Origin: the human T2T-CHM13v2.0 reference genome, Homo sapiens
NCBI RefSeq assembly: GCF_009914755.1
Contig: NC_060932.1
Direction: 5' to 3' (one strand)
Length of the DNA stretch: 64,000 bases
Shown here: piece by piece, positions 14,366-28,560 of the stretch
Numbering within the stretch: position 1 is the first letter of the stretch
How the letters are laid out: every line of letters starts with the position of its first letter
Position numbers and translations under genes: made by a program
Notes under the pieces: model-generated
Told to the model about the DNA's origin: nothing
The model's database searches: none
Seen by the model: the letters and a program-made list of their open reading frames with translations, nothing else

Positions 14366-14500
14366 GTTTAATTCCAGTTTAGTAATTTATGCATGTATAG
14401 TATGCCAAGCACCAAATGGGAAACACAAGTTCTGTTGAACCAAGGGCAATACTGGGCAGAAAAATATGCCAAGGCCAGGCTGGAAGAATAATTTAGCTTC

Positions 14501-14884
14501 TGGTATGGTTTGGATTTGTGTCCTCACCCAAATCTCATGTCAAATTGTAATCACCAGTGTTGGAGGAGGGGCCTGGTAGGTGGTGATTGGATCATGGGTA
14601 TGGACTTCCCCCTTGCCATTCTCATGATAGTGAGTGAGTTCTCATGAGATCCAGTTGTTTAAAAGCGTGTAGCACCTCCCCCTTCTCTCTCCTCCTCCTG
14701 GGCCAGCCATGTAAGACGCGCCTCCTTGCTCTTGGCTGTCTGCCATGATTGTAAGTTTCTTGAGGGCTCCCCAGCCATGCTTCCTGTGCAGCCTGCAGAA
14801 CTGTGACCCAATTAAACCTCTTTTCTTTGTAAATTACCCAGTCTCAGTTAGTTCTTTATAGCAATGCAAGAACAGAACAATACA
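14501..14884 (+). mobile_element. MaLR solo LTR, MSTA-like
   Basis: tggtatggtttggatttgtgtcctcacccaaatctcatg...ccagccatgcttcctgtgcagcctgcagaactgtga...aataca; TSD gcttc/gcgtc. Confidence 0.9.
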
Positions 14885-15358
14885 GCGTCTGAGTAGCATT
14901 TATCATACTGGATTTGTATACTTTTCTGTTTAAGTGATGTTTAAGGAATCATCCCTAACCCTTTTTGAGTTTTGTCCTATTTAAAAAGAATCACTATTTT
15001 AAGTTTAGAAATTATCTTATTTAATACTAAGTTTATCCTTTTGTCCTTCAAGAATTGTTGCCAAAATCTACATCTATGAGCTCAGCTAAGCAGCTCCTCT
15101 GAGAATGATGGTTTACACTCCCTGTAGAATTTTATGTATGGCAATTGATTCACTGATTTCTGCCTTAACTCATATTTTCACTCAGGAACAAGTTGAGGCT
15201 GGGATTTGGGTGATGGTCAGTAGTAAGTTCAGGTATGAGGTTAAGTCATGGATAGTAATAAAATTTAAGAGAACAGCCAACCTCAGAGATGCTAATTAAC
15301 TTTAAGGATGGGGTAAAATTCAATGTTAGGTAAAGCTCAAATATATGTCATGGAGGGG

Positions 15359-15391
15359 AGTGTGTGTGTATGTGTGTGTGTATGTGTGTGT
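15359..15391. repeat. Imperfect (TG)n microsatellite
   Basis: gtgtgtgtgtatgtgtgtgtgtatgtgtgtgt. Confidence 0.9.
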
Positions 15392-16660
15392 TGCAATACA
15401 CTACTTGGTAAAATACGAAGATAAATGGATTGGCTAATTTAGATCCAGAAAAAAGATGGGACTGTCCAAATGTCCTGGGTATCAAATCATCATTGCAGTT
15501 AAATCACCAGATACTCCATTGAAGTCAGAAGTGGTATGCAACACAAATATACAAGCACTAAATGACATGAAACAATTAACATCATTCAGAGAAGTGTATT
15601 ACAGCTGGAGAATAGGATAAATTTAGAGGAGACTGGGGAAGTAGGAAGGGGGTGGATCACAAGGTATCTGATATTCTGAGGATCTTTATCTTGATGATGA
15701 AGGCAGTAATGGTTACTGAAAGAGGTTCCCTATCTTGCAACTCTAAGAGTTTGCAGCCCCTTGGAAATCAAAGTGAGTGATGGAGGTGGTTGACCTCCAA
15801 TCTGACGGCACCTGAAGAGACTTGCCAGCATCACAGAGACCCTGTGGCACCTAGCCTCCCTCTCAGCCCCATGTTGCCTTCAGGAGCTTTATCCTGACTG
15901 ACAAGAGACAGGTGTCCTGTTCAGTCTGCTATTGCGAGCTCCTGCAACACTGTGCCTTCAGAGGCTGTTACACAACTAGGTCCTTTCCTGGCCTTTGGTA
16001 CTATGAGAAATTCCCTCAGCAGCCTTCTGCTCATAGGCTGGAAAAATCAAATTCCTATAGTCATTCCTTATAAAAATTCCAAGAGAAGACAGTTATCCAA
16101 ACCATTATAAATAAAGGTGTCCTCTCTCCACTTCCTTCAAATTTTAATCTAATGGAATTAATTCTAATTGTGCAAACCTTCTCAAGGAAGCTGACCCTGT
16201 CTGAATTAGTCAGTTATGCTCAATGGAGCTAGAAGAACCAAGCCTGCAACAGGAATATGAGTGTGGAAGGGAATTGTGCCATTACCAAAGCACAGAGGGT
16301 AGCAGAGCAACCACAGCTGTGTTAGGCAAAGGAGACAGAAGGGGAAATGAGTACCTGGTAGGGGATATAAAGTAATATGGAGGGTAACCAGCAGGTGCTT
16401 GTAGACTATGTTTCAGTTCCATTTATTCAACAAATACTTATAGACCATATACTATGTACCAGAAACTGTTCTAGAGCTACCAGCTACATTGGTAAACAAA
16501 ATAGACAAAAGTACCTTCTCTCCAGGCTGCATTAGAGTTCTGGCAGTTATTTTGGTGGGTTGCCTGGAGAGACAAATGGCTCTACAAGTGCATAGATGTT
16601 CAAAGCTGACACATCTGCAACAAAAGAAACTATGAAAATTTCCTATACATGATGCTCCAC

Positions 16661-17620
16661 TGTGCTGAATGCCTAGAATCTTCCATTTACCCCTCCAGAA
16701 CTACTGTTCACTCTTCTCCACCCTACTGTCTACCCTGAGAAGTTTAACCTGCATAAATTCTATAAATAGGTATGAGCCTGTGGCCCACTTGCTTCCTGTT
16801 GAGTGCTGCTGATGGGAAACAGATCGGAGAGAAAGAAGAGGGGGGGATCAGGTCACTGATTTCCCTGCCGCCTTCCTTCCCAAGTGGTCTAGAGCTGGTG
16901 GTGGCCCTTAAAAAGGGGGGCATACCATTTCTTTCAAGGAGGTCTTCTCTACATGACTCTCTCCTTCCAGGTTCCAGTAACCACACCTTCACTCACCCTT
17001 TCAGTGCTAAGTGTGGAAGCAGAACCTATGCTTCTGGCCAGCCTCCCTGCTGTGGATCTCCTACTAGACCTTGCCTACTTTATCAATAGTCCCTTCATGT
17101 AGGAGGTTGAATAATGGCTACCCAATCATCTCTGGAACCCACAAATTTTATCTTATATAAAAAAATTATCTGTCAGATCTGATGAAGTTAAGGATCTGGA
17201 AATGGGAAGATTAACCTGGATTACCAGGGTGGGCCTAAAGGCAATCACAACTGTCCTTGTAACAAACAGAAGAAAAGACACAGACAGAAGAGGAGGAGGC
17301 AAGATGACCACGAAAGCAGAGACTGAAGTGATGCAGCCACAAGCCAAGGAATGCCAGAAGCCAGCCCAGAAATGGGCACAGACTGATTCTCCTCTAGAGT
17401 CTCCAGAGCACGACCCTGACAACACCATGATTTCTGTCCTATGATATTGGTTTTGGACTTCTGGTCCCCAGAATTAAGAATAATATTTTCTTGTTTTGAG
17501 CCACCACATCCGTGATAATTTATTACCTCAGTCAAAGGATCTAATATAGTTTGTTAATAAATTCTCCTCAAATTATCCTGATTATTCTGATGAGGCATTA
17601 TCCTATTATTATTTGATGCA
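16661..17620 (+). mobile_element. ERVL LTR33-like, interrupted by MLT1D
   Basis: ctcttctccaccctactg, gcttcctgttgagtgctgctgatggg, ccttccaggttccagtaaccacacc; resumes at about 17549 (taaattctcctcaaattatcc). Confidence 0.65.
17098..17548 (+). mobile_element. MaLR solo LTR, MLT1C/D-like, nested in LTR33
   Basis: tgtaggaggttgaataatggc start; gtgatgcagccacaagccaaggaatgcc; gattctcctctagagtctccag. Confidence 0.85.
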
Positions 17621-18524
17621 GGGTTTTTATCATAAGTGTTTGGAGAAGAGCAAAGTCCCTAAAATTACATAGAAAACTATGAGTATACCTCGGTAAATCT
17701 ATTAAAAAGAAGCCTGCTAATTTTCATCAGACTCTCAGAAAAGCTTCTTCTAGCTTATTCTGTCCCAATAGGTTACAAGTTAAGTTGTTAAGCTGAATTT
17801 TGGCAGTTGCCAGCCCACATTTTATCACTGGAAAAGTGGTAGAGCCCTTGACCCCACCTGGTATTCTGGACAAGACACAGCCCGAGGGCCAGGCTGGAAG
17901 AAAAAGTTGCCTTTTTAATGACATTTAGCACCTTAGGTTTTATGCAAAGCTACTCGTTTGTTTCCAAATTTTTTATTATTCTGACTTTTCAGGATATTGT
18001 CCGGTATCAAGGAAAGAATCTTTTATGTTCTAGAAAATAGTTTGTTTAAATCTAAATCCATGACTTTCCTGAAAAATTTCAGCCAAACTTAGACCAGCTA
18101 AGCAGCCCAGATGGGGCAGCCCAGTTATGTATGGTCACACACCCACCAGTAGAACATTTGAGGCATGTGTAGCTCTTCTTTAAGGATTCACACATTCATC
18201 TATTTATTCTTGTAGTAGTTGAGAAAATTGAACCAAAGATGAATAACATATAGTCTTTGTTACAAAATTATCAGCTACGCAGTTTACTAAATTGACTTAT
18301 CACAACAGTGTCCCGAAGTAGGCAGTAATGAACCTTGTGATGGGATCAAGGAGTGAGAGATTAACAAAGGGAGATACCAAGCAGCATCTCAAATATAGGT
18401 AAGAGTTTGCCAGGCTGCAGGGCACACCATACCAGAGACAGGAAAAATGGCCCCAAACTTGAAGCTGTCACCATTAAACTCGTTTTGATCAAGTCATAAA
18501 CTGTGTTTTCGAACTGCAGTGGAA

Positions 18525-19130
18525 AATGCATGGATATACCACCATGTGTTTATCCACTTATATATTGTTTCCATTTTTGTCTAATACAAATAAAACTGTT
18601 GTGAATACGTGTGTACAAATGTTTGAATGGGTGCATGCATTTTTCTTGGGTAAATACATGGGGTGGAATGGTTGAGTGTATGCTTAACTTTTTAAAGAAT
18701 TGCCAACTCATTTTCCAAAGTGGTTGCATCATTTTACATTTCTACCAACAGTGTATGAGTTCATCTTGTTCCACACCCTCCTCAACATAGTATTCACAGT
18801 CTTTTTCATTGTAGACTTTTTAATAGATAGGTACTGGTATCCCTTTTTAGTTTGCATTTCCCTAATGAGTAAAGATACTGAGCATGTTTCGTGTTTACAG
18901 TATACATACAAAATGTATTTGGCAAAATGACTGTTCAAATATTTGTCTTACTTGTTAATTGGGAGGTTTGTACTCTTATCAATGAGTTGTTAAGTGTTCT
19001 TTGCATATTCTAGATACATGTCTTTTTGGACATATGTTTTGAAAATATTTTCTCCCATTCTGTAGCTTGTCTTTTTATTTCTTAACTCTTTTGAAAACAA
19101 AATGTTTTTAATGTTGACAAAATCTAATTT
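18525..19130 (-). mobile_element. L1M (MB/MC-type) fragment
   Basis: ttttccaaagtggttgcatcattttacatttctaccaacagtgtatgag; tttgcatttccctaatgag. Confidence 0.8.
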
Positions 19131-19709
19131 GTGTACGTGTGTGTGTGTGTTCTGTATAGCTAAGTGGGGATGAAGAACCATCAATAACCACTTCCTCTGA
19201 CTCAGGAGAGGAAGTGGTGAAACAGAAAGTGATAATGGATAATTGCATATAGCTATAGGGAAGAAAAGCTTAAAAAGCATAACTTATAGCCCAAATTTTC
19301 TCTATGTAATATGATATGCAACTATGCTGCTATATGAAATGGGAGTAGGATATGGGATAAAAATTACAAACATCTTAAAAAGAACTAACATTTAGTGAGA
19401 ATTTACTATGTGCCAGTGACTATTCTAAATACTCTTCTTGGCTTAACTCATTTAATCCTAAAACTCTCCAACTCTTCAAATATTTAAGCTAACCCCAACC
19501 ACTCACCATCACAAATTCATCATCCCTAAATATTTGGAACTTAGCACAAAATCTCATATCCTTTTTTACACTGTTTTACTTCCATTCTGTATCAGTTTAC
19601 CCATAGAATTCTGGCATGGTAAGCTCTCCTGAGCTTAATTTCTGCCTCCTAACCGCTGCTGGGTTTCAGGGGTGGACTTCACCTCTCTGATATTAGAATT
19701 CCAGCTATT

Positions 19710-20186
19710 TCTTTTATGTATTTGTATAAGTTTAGAGGTACAAGTGCAATTTTGTTACATGAATATATTGCTTAGTGGTGAAGTCTGGGTTTTTAGTGTA
19801 GCCATCACCCAAATAGTGTACATTGTGTCCATTAAGTAATTTTTCATCACCCACCTTTCTTTCTGAGTTTCATCAACCTCTCACCTTTCTGATTCTCCAC
19901 TCTCTACCATTCCATACCCTATGTTCATGCGTACACATTATTTAGCTCCCACTTCTAAGTGAGAACATGTGATATTTTACTTTCTGTTTCTGAGTTGTTT
20001 CACTTAAGATAATAGCCTCCAGCTTCATGCATGTTGCTGCAAAAGACATAATTTTCATTCTTTTTCATAGCTGAATGGTATTTCATGGTGTGTGTGTATA
20101 TATGTATATGTATGAATGGTATTTCATGGTGTGTGTATATACATATACATACATACACATAAATGCATGTATATGTTGTGTGTGTG

Positions 20187-20225
<39 letters not shown>

Positions 20226-20426
20226 CACATTTTTCTTGTCCAATAATCCATTAATGGATACTTGGGTTGATTCCATATCTTTGCTATTGTGAATAGTGTC
20301 TTGATAAACATACATGTGCAGGTATATTTTTGATATAATGATTTATTTTCCTTTGGGGAAATAGCCAGTAGTGGAATTCTGGATTGAATGGTTGTTCTAT
20401 TTTTAGTTGTTTGAGAAATCTCCATA
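19710..20426 (-). mobile_element. L1 3' end (L1PB/early L1MA-like) with internal duplication and (TG)n(TA)n tract
   Basis: tagtggtgaagtctgggtttttagtgta, ttagctcccacttctaagtgagaacatg; ORF 20225..20425 resembles the L1 ORF2p C-terminus. Confidence 0.9.
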
Positions 20427-21547
20427 TAATCTTCCAGCTCTATCTATCTGAATCTTTCTATCATTCTTTGGATAATTTGAAGTCAAGTACATGGATATGA
20501 GCTACACAACCACATTCACAACTAAACATCTACCCAGCTTAGTGCCAGGTGAGGCTCAGCTCAGATGCCTGCGGAACTCAAGTGTGAATGGTTCCTGTAT
20601 CCTGATCAAGCTACGCAAACTTTTACACTGAGACTCCAGTACTCAAGTACTGCTAATGCTAATTTGATCCCCATATTCACACATGTTGGAGAACGCAGTA
20701 ATTCAAGAAAAATATCTCCCACTCACCTGACCATGAAAGAGCATTATGAAGTACCAGTGTTCTCCGCCTCAGAATGGCTACTTAGGCCCCTCACATCTAG
20801 CTTCTTCCAGCTGAAAATCCAAATAATGTTATTCCCTACCAAAGCCTAAACATACTTAATTTTGAAAAAATAGCAATACTGCATATATGTCTTTTGAGTT
20901 CTCCCTTATCGCTCAAAAGTGTCTAGTTATAAAAAGAAAAAATCTTTATTGTATGATAATCTGTCTTTAAAATCTTAACTTGGAACCTCTTGCTTCTGAT
21001 TTCTTTATCTTTGCCTCTAACAAAAACGTTGTGGTTTTACAGCATCAGCAAACAGAGAGAAAAAAAAAGATGGAAATAGATCATGCCTCTACTGCAAGTA
21101 TGGATAACATAGAACAAGCTAAAAAAAGGTAAGACATACAAATATCTGTAATGAAAGAAGGAAATGAAGGTAAGACCAAAGGATTGGCAGAAAGTGAGCC
21201 TACTTGTATAAATTAGGGTGGGGTATTTTAGAGAGAAGAGAAAAAAGAAAAATATATAATTAGCTTTCTGTTTCTGTATCTTGGGCCCAGCTAACAAAGT
21301 ACAGTTTTATTCCAATCAGTTGCCGCTCTCACGTCAGGGCTACACTAAATAATAGCAATCCTAAGACTATTGAACTTCTTGAAAGTCAGATTGGCCATAG
21401 TATTGGGTAGATTGCCACAGTAGGTTGGACCCCAGTAACAGATAAAATCAATATCCTAGAAAAGAATAACTATACATTTTTTCTATTAATGCATAAAATG
21501 AGTTCTAATGAGGCTAAAAACATAGTCAACAAAAATGTCACTAGTTT

Positions 21548-21882
<335 letters not shown>

Positions 21883-22814
21883 TCATGTCACTAGGTTTAG
21901 TTCCTGACTTTTAAAGTAAATAAATAAAGCTAGTTATCATGATCAAAATTATAAAAAGAAAGAAGGCATGTATTTGATATATAATGAAAAGTTATTTTCA
22001 AAAAACTTATTCCTTTGGGAGAACAAAGAAACAGGAGCTTCAAGATCATAGTCTTTGAAACTTCCATGTTTTTACAGAAGGAAATGGCTCTGACTGATCA
22101 TTACATGCAAAGAAATGAGTGCCAGGCTTAGAAGCTGTATCCTAGAGGCACTCTAGAAACCATTATCAGTTTTTGTTGGCTTTGCTACTTTGGTTTTTGT
22201 CCTCAGACATAACAGACAACAATTATTCAAAGCTAAGTAATGCCATTAGGTACATTTAGGTGTATTATGCTCGTATGCATTGGTCATGTCTAGATCATGC
22301 TCACATCCTTCTGTAATGAGTCCCTAAACAACCTCATAATAATGAAACAACTGCCCAGTTACTAACCAAATAGTAAAGGAGACTGAGCTATTGGGGGGCT
22401 TCTCACCCAAAAATTAACTCTGGAGAAATGTTACAGGAGTGGAAGCAGCAATATGAGAAACTAACTGAAAACTATCAATGTGCCATTTACAAGAAATGAT
22501 CTCTTTATAATTGGGCAAGTAAAAATGTGATTAAAGTAAGTGGAGGAGTCAGATAAATCTAGGTTAAAATTCAGTCCTGCCTGTGTCCTTGAGAATTTCG
22601 CTTAATCTTTCTAAGTAAGTTTTCTCAACTGTAACATGGATAGACTATTGTAAGAATTAAACAAAAAAATTTCTGAAAAATAATTCTCAATAAGTATCTG
22701 TCCTTCTATAAATCTCTCGAATTCATCCAGGACCTGACAATATCTCACTGATTACAAAATGGTAAATTGAGTAGTTGAAACATGTAGTCTGTGAAAAGGG
22801 GTTTCTTAGAATTT

Positions 22815-24545
22815 TCTTAACAGTGTCTATGGATGCAGACTTCCCCAATCAAAATTCCAGAGGTCGTTTTTGTGGAAATTGGCACATTGATTCTAAAATG
22901 TATATTAAAATGCAAAGTGCTAGAAAATCTGAAACAATTTAGAAAAAGAAAAATAACTGATGAACTTACATTACCAGATTCTATCGAGTCAATATTGTAT
23001 TTAAATATAAAGGCAGATGTAAATCTGTGGGCCAAAAATAAACTAATGCATAAATGGTCAACTGTTTTTGACAACACAGTTCAATGGTACTAGAACAACA
23101 ACTGGATAAACAAATGAAGAGAAAAATGAATTTCTACTGCTATCTCAAATAACACAAATAATGAAATTAATTACACATTAAAAATTTGAGATAGATTATA
23201 GATATAAATGTAAAAGTTAAAATTACAAAGGTTTCAGAACTATGGCATTCAATACAAGAGTCAATAACCACATATTGCCATATAAAATTAAATTTGATTA
23301 AAATGAAATGAAATTTAAAACTTGGCTACTCAGTCACACTACATGTATTGCAAATGCTCAATAACCAACATAGCTAAAGGCTACAGTATTGAATAGGGCA
23401 AATGGAAAATTCTATTAGAAGTTGCTATTCAAAAAGAAAAAATATGAGAATGTCTTTGCAAGCTTAGGCTACGTAAAGATTTCTTAAGTAGGACACAAAT
23501 AACCAACAATAAAATGTAAAATTGATAAATTGGATTTTCTCAAAATGAAAATGCTGTTTATCAAATGGCAGTCAGGAGAATGAATAGACAACACATAGTC
23601 TAGACGAGAACATTCACAACACATATATCTATAAAAGGGTTCTTTTTGCAGAATAAAGACCTCCTTCAATTCTAAAAAAGAGGGCAAACAAGCCAATAAA
23701 AAAATTGAGAGAAGACTTGAGAAAACAACTCATAAAAGAAGTTATAAAAATGGCAAAAAAGTATACAAAAAGTGCTCAACATTATCAATCATCAGAAAAA
23801 TGCAAATTAAAATCACAAAAACATCATTAGATCCTCACTATTACAACTACATATAAAATGAATGACACATCTGATGTTGACGAGGATATAGAACATCCAG
23901 AACTCTCAAAAAGTGCTGTTGTGAGTGTAAAATGGTACGACACTTTGGAAAACCACTTGTTAGTATCTTATAAAATTAAACATAGGCATATGTTTGCATG
24001 CACTAGGAAATTGCTATGACCTGGCAATTTCACTCAGGCAATGTCCTTACCCAATGAAAACATATTTCTTTCCACACAAATACTGGTACACAAATCCTCC
24101 TTATCAACTTTATTAATATTAGCCCAAAACTACCAAAAAACCTGCAATAGAAGAATAAATAATTACATTTTGGTATATTCATACAGTAAAATAATACTCA
24201 GTGATAAAATGAGAGAATCTGCCCATACACAGGACAACATAGATGAATCTTGAAACTTTATGCTGAGATAAAGAAGCATGCCCAAATAATAAACTGTATT
24301 ATTGTATCTGTAAGTTCTAGAATAGGCAAAACCAATCTATGATGATAAAAATAGGAATATTGGTTGCTTCTGGGAAAAGGACATTGACTGAAAAGGGGTA
24401 GCTGTGCATTTTCTGGAACGATGGAAGTGTTCTATATCTTGTTTGAGGTGATGTGTTCATGGGTAGATGCATTTATAAAAAATCATTCAGCTGCATTTCT
24501 AATATGTGCATTTTACTGTGTGCAAATTATTCCCAATTAAAAAAA
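22815..24545 (+). mobile_element. Old L1M (ME/MD-type) ORF2 remnant and 3' end
   Basis: ORF 22833 PIKIPEVVFVEIGTLILK resembles L1 ORF2p; 3' UTR-like ggaagtgttctatatcttg...tgtgcattttactgtgtgcaaattat. Confidence 0.8.
23238..23428 (-). mobile_element. MER3-like hAT-Charlie element nested in L1
   Basis: ctcagtcacactacatgtattgcaaatgctcaataaccaacat...ggctacagtattgaatag. Confidence 0.6.
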
Positions 24546-26601
24546 ATTTCTGGAGGAGTAAATAAAAAGAATTATGTGTATAAAGATGTATTCTAAATGC
24601 GCCTTTCTTCCTGATACTTACAGTGACTGAAGCTCTAGATATGTGTGCTTTCTGCCCTCTCATACTCAAGTCCCCTTGTAAGGCATTCATTATGGAATGC
24701 CCCATTATCAATTTCAACAGCAGAAATTGAGACATTGCATCCTGCGATTTCCAAAGCCTCAGCTAGCAGAGCTATAGCTCACTACTAATGCCTCTGCATT
24801 TGATTTATTGAATGCAGCTCATCACAAAGAGTTTGACAAACTCAACATGTCGTACAGATCTAGAGCTTTTCTTATTCCAACAGCAGCCAACTCAACGATT
24901 AGTCATCTCAGAGATCAACAATCTACTTCTCATTCTAGGCTTGTAAAGCTGAGCCCAGACCTCAGCACACATCTTAAAGCCTATTGTCAATCTATGTTTT
25001 TTTTTCTTTCCTCATCTGTAAACCTAACAATAAATAAATAATAATGCTCAAACATCCATTTTGCATTTGTTTTATTTATTACTGTATGTTTAGGGATATC
25101 TTTTGGTTTCCAAGTGACCTGGTTATGTTCAAACATATATTGACATCAAGTAGGTTGCCATGGGAACTGAAGGCAACTGCACATTGAGATTTACAGGCAG
25201 GTAATTTAAGAAACCCTGGAGCAAAAGATAAGGGCTTAATAGTGTCCTAGTCGCCCCAGAGCATATCAAAATTAAATAAAGCACTAAGACTTGAAGTGAG
25301 GGGTCGTTATTATACGGTGAACAGTAACTGAAAGAATAAAGCATTTTTCTCTAGAGATGTGGTTGTCAGAGTCTGCATTATAATATTTGTTTGATGTAAA
25401 ATATCAGATTTGGATTCTCTGTGTTTACCCACTAGATCAGAAAACTTAATAGTTACATAAATATGCCTTATAAACGTTACTTACTCCCCCACCAAATGGA
25501 TTAATTGTAACTATTGGCTTAGAATTAAAAGAGCTTTTACAAGTAACTCACAAATTAGGGTCCAGTGACCTCCTTGATTCCAGGGAAGGGCCCAAGAATC
25601 TGTATCATTAAGAGCCCCAGTGTGGAAACTACTGATCTTCTCACTCATCCTAACCAACACAAACGCACCTTTGCCAAATCATAAAAAGTGGTTTTCTGAC
25701 CTCTTTTAAACAGGAACAATAGTTGTAAAATATGACTTCTATAAGATACAAATTGTAGGAGTTTCCATCTTCATTTGGTATCCTTACTGCAGATCAGCAA
25801 AACAGAGAGGAAGGTGAAACTTATCTTTTTTACCTTTCTACATACTTACAAGCATGGGCATTTCATGTTTGCCGAAAACATCCCCATTATCAAAATCAAA
25901 ATTGCTTATAATGGTATAGCTCCTTATGCTTTATTAAATGTTTCCTGATTCATAAAATACTTCCTGACATAAAAAGTCTTGCCCAAATTTAGACAAACTA
26001 CTGTTAAATTTCAAAAAATGCCATTCAAATATTTGATTCTTTAAAAAATTTAATACTTTCTATAAGCAAGCTCATAATTCCATAGTATCCTAGAAAGAAT
26101 ACAAGGTTTAGACTCAGAATAACTCACCTTGAGTCCTAAGTTTGCTGTATACCAATTGTGCAATATTGGACAAGATATTTAATTTCTCTAAATCTGAATT
26201 TCTTTCTTTGAAAGGTGGTGGTGATAATCATACCCAGCTCATGGGGTTGGTGATTATATTTTAAACAATAAAGTATGTAAAAACATTTTTAAATCATAAA
26301 ATAATAGGCAATTATAATGTTTAATATTTTGAAGCTGAAAATTATGTGTTGTTTCCATTATTTCTTCATGAACAATGAACACTAATCCTAGAAAACATAA
26401 AATGATAATACCAATTATAGAAATAAAGACTGAAATTTGGTGATAAAGAAAGGTCACACAGTTAACATAGCTCAAATAATAATAAGGACTACCATTTACT
26501 GTGTGCCAATCAAATGCCAAGAAATCTGCATTATACTATTTGATCCTACCAAGAAATCTATGAGATAGATCTTAGCTCCAGTTTAGAGATATTAAAGCTA
26601 G

Positions 26602-27025
26602 ATGTTGTGAACATATTGTTTTTATCCACCAGCATCATCTCAACCATGCTTCCCCATTCCAAGGTATCCAAGGGAATTTTCTCTCACAGCTTCCTCACTC
26701 TCCCAGCCACAGGAGTGGACATATGCAAAGTTTAGCCATTAAGACATATTTTTATGTATTTCTATACAAAATTTGGGAGGAAAGCTTCCATTCTGAGTTG
26801 CTCAGAGAAGAGGATTTGCATTTCAAGCTGCTGGTGGGCATCTTGCCTAGTGTATGCCACATACCTCTGTGCAGAATAAAGTCAAACAGAGATCACCAGC
26901 AAAGACAAAGCCCTAGTAGCATCATTTGAACCTGATCTAACCAAACCTAAGCTTGGATGTACCATTCCTCCAAACTCAAGTTGTAAGAGCAATGAATTCC
27001 CTTTTCATTAAGCCTATTTGAATTG
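26602..27025 (+). mobile_element. Old MaLR LTR (MLT1J/K/L-like)
   Basis: catcatttgaacctgatctaacc...agttgtaagagcaatgaattcccttttcattaagcc. Confidence 0.45.
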
Positions 27026-27026
27026 C

Positions 27027-27470
27027 TGTGAAAAGTTCCTGGAAGGAAATAGAATTAGCCCAGATATTCAGAGAAAAACTTAAATGAGGTTAATATTTAC
27101 AGAGATATAGGCTCCCAGATGCTATGAACAGGGGGAGGTTCTAACCATTCCTCTGGCTAAAGGGACACAGAGAGGAAATAATGTTACTGTAGCTCAGTGA
27201 GACTGCAACAGAGGAAAGCTGGACTCACAGGAATGTGCTCCTGGGGGATGCTGGATAGGCAGACATGAACACTGAAGCAGGGAAGGAGCAGGGACGGAAG
27301 ACCCTATACATTATCTCCTATCACTCCCTCATCTCCTGCAGGTGCCAAATTCCACCAACATCAAACTGGCAAAGGGGCCCAGCTGGGTAGTCAGCAGGGT
27401 CAGCATCACAGGACAGAGAAGGTCAGGGACTACCTGGGGAGCAGGAGCAGGCAGAGAAAACAACAGCACC
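27027..27470 (-). mobile_element. ERVL LTR33-like
   Basis: catctcctgcaggtgcc...ggcaaaggggcccagctgggtagtcagcagggtcagcatc. Confidence 0.5.
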
Positions 27471-28214
27471 ATTAGGTTTCTTTGAAATCAAAGCAGCCCA
27501 ACTATTTCCTTGGAAACATGCCTAAGATGGAATAGCTAGTAAGTGTTGAGGCAGGATTTAATCCAAGTCTGTTTCATACTGAAATCAATGTTCTTGTCAC
27601 AGTTTCAAGTATTTGATGATCTGATCTGTCTCTATGTTTGATTGGTTTTCACTCTGCAAGATCTCAGTGACAGAGTGCTCATGTGTAAGCTCTGTGAAAT
27701 TTATGGAGTTGTCGATCTCTCCTATCCTTTACTGGCCTTTGTGATGTCCGACCGTTCTGACTTCATCTTTGAGATGACACCATGCCACTAATGTCATCGT
27801 GAGTCAGACTCACGATGATGTTAGATAACACCAATTAGTTACTCTTCTCTTCAGCACATCAAGGAAGCAACACTTGTATCATTCAATTCCACATCCATTG
27901 GAGAGCAAAATGAAGGACGACTAAGTCCCCAAGTATTCTGGCATCATGGCATCATTTGTGAACAAAAAAGGAATGTATATGAACCATGGGCAGAAGAAAC
28001 CTTTAAAGAGCACACAGAACATCTCAACAAAATGGGAAATGTAATTATAGAAGGTTCAAACTAAAAACTGTATCTGTGGGAGATATATTTGAGTTTCAGA
28101 TTGTTAATATAGAGCTTTAAAATAAGGGATGCCTGATTTTGAACAGAGACATTACAAAGTAGACTTACAGGTAGTATTAAGCTCTGCATCTTCAGAGAAA
28201 TTAAATATGGTCAC

Positions 28215-28560
28215 ATTCATTCATTCATTTAATTCATACAACAAATATCCATTGAGTATCCATTATGTGTGAGACACTATTCCAAGTAAATTTAGCCCTC
28301 ATGGAGTTCACATTCCAGTGGGAAAATCAGAACATAAATTAGATAGTATGTTAGATGCTAATACATGCTAAGGAAAAAATAAAAGCAAGGCAAGAGTTGA
28401 GGAAACCATTGCAATGTTACAAACAGTGACAAAGAAAGGATTCACAAAGATGGTGACATTTGAGCAAAATGTAGATGAGAGAATGAATCATAAGAATATC
28501 ATCATGAAGAAAACATTTCAAGTAGAGGAACAGCAAGTGCAAACAGTCAGCGGTAGGCAA
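28215..28560 (-). mobile_element. L2 LINE 3' fragment
   Basis: cattcattcattcatttaattcatacaacaaatatccattgagtatcc; gccctcatggagttcacattccagtggg. Confidence 0.7.
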
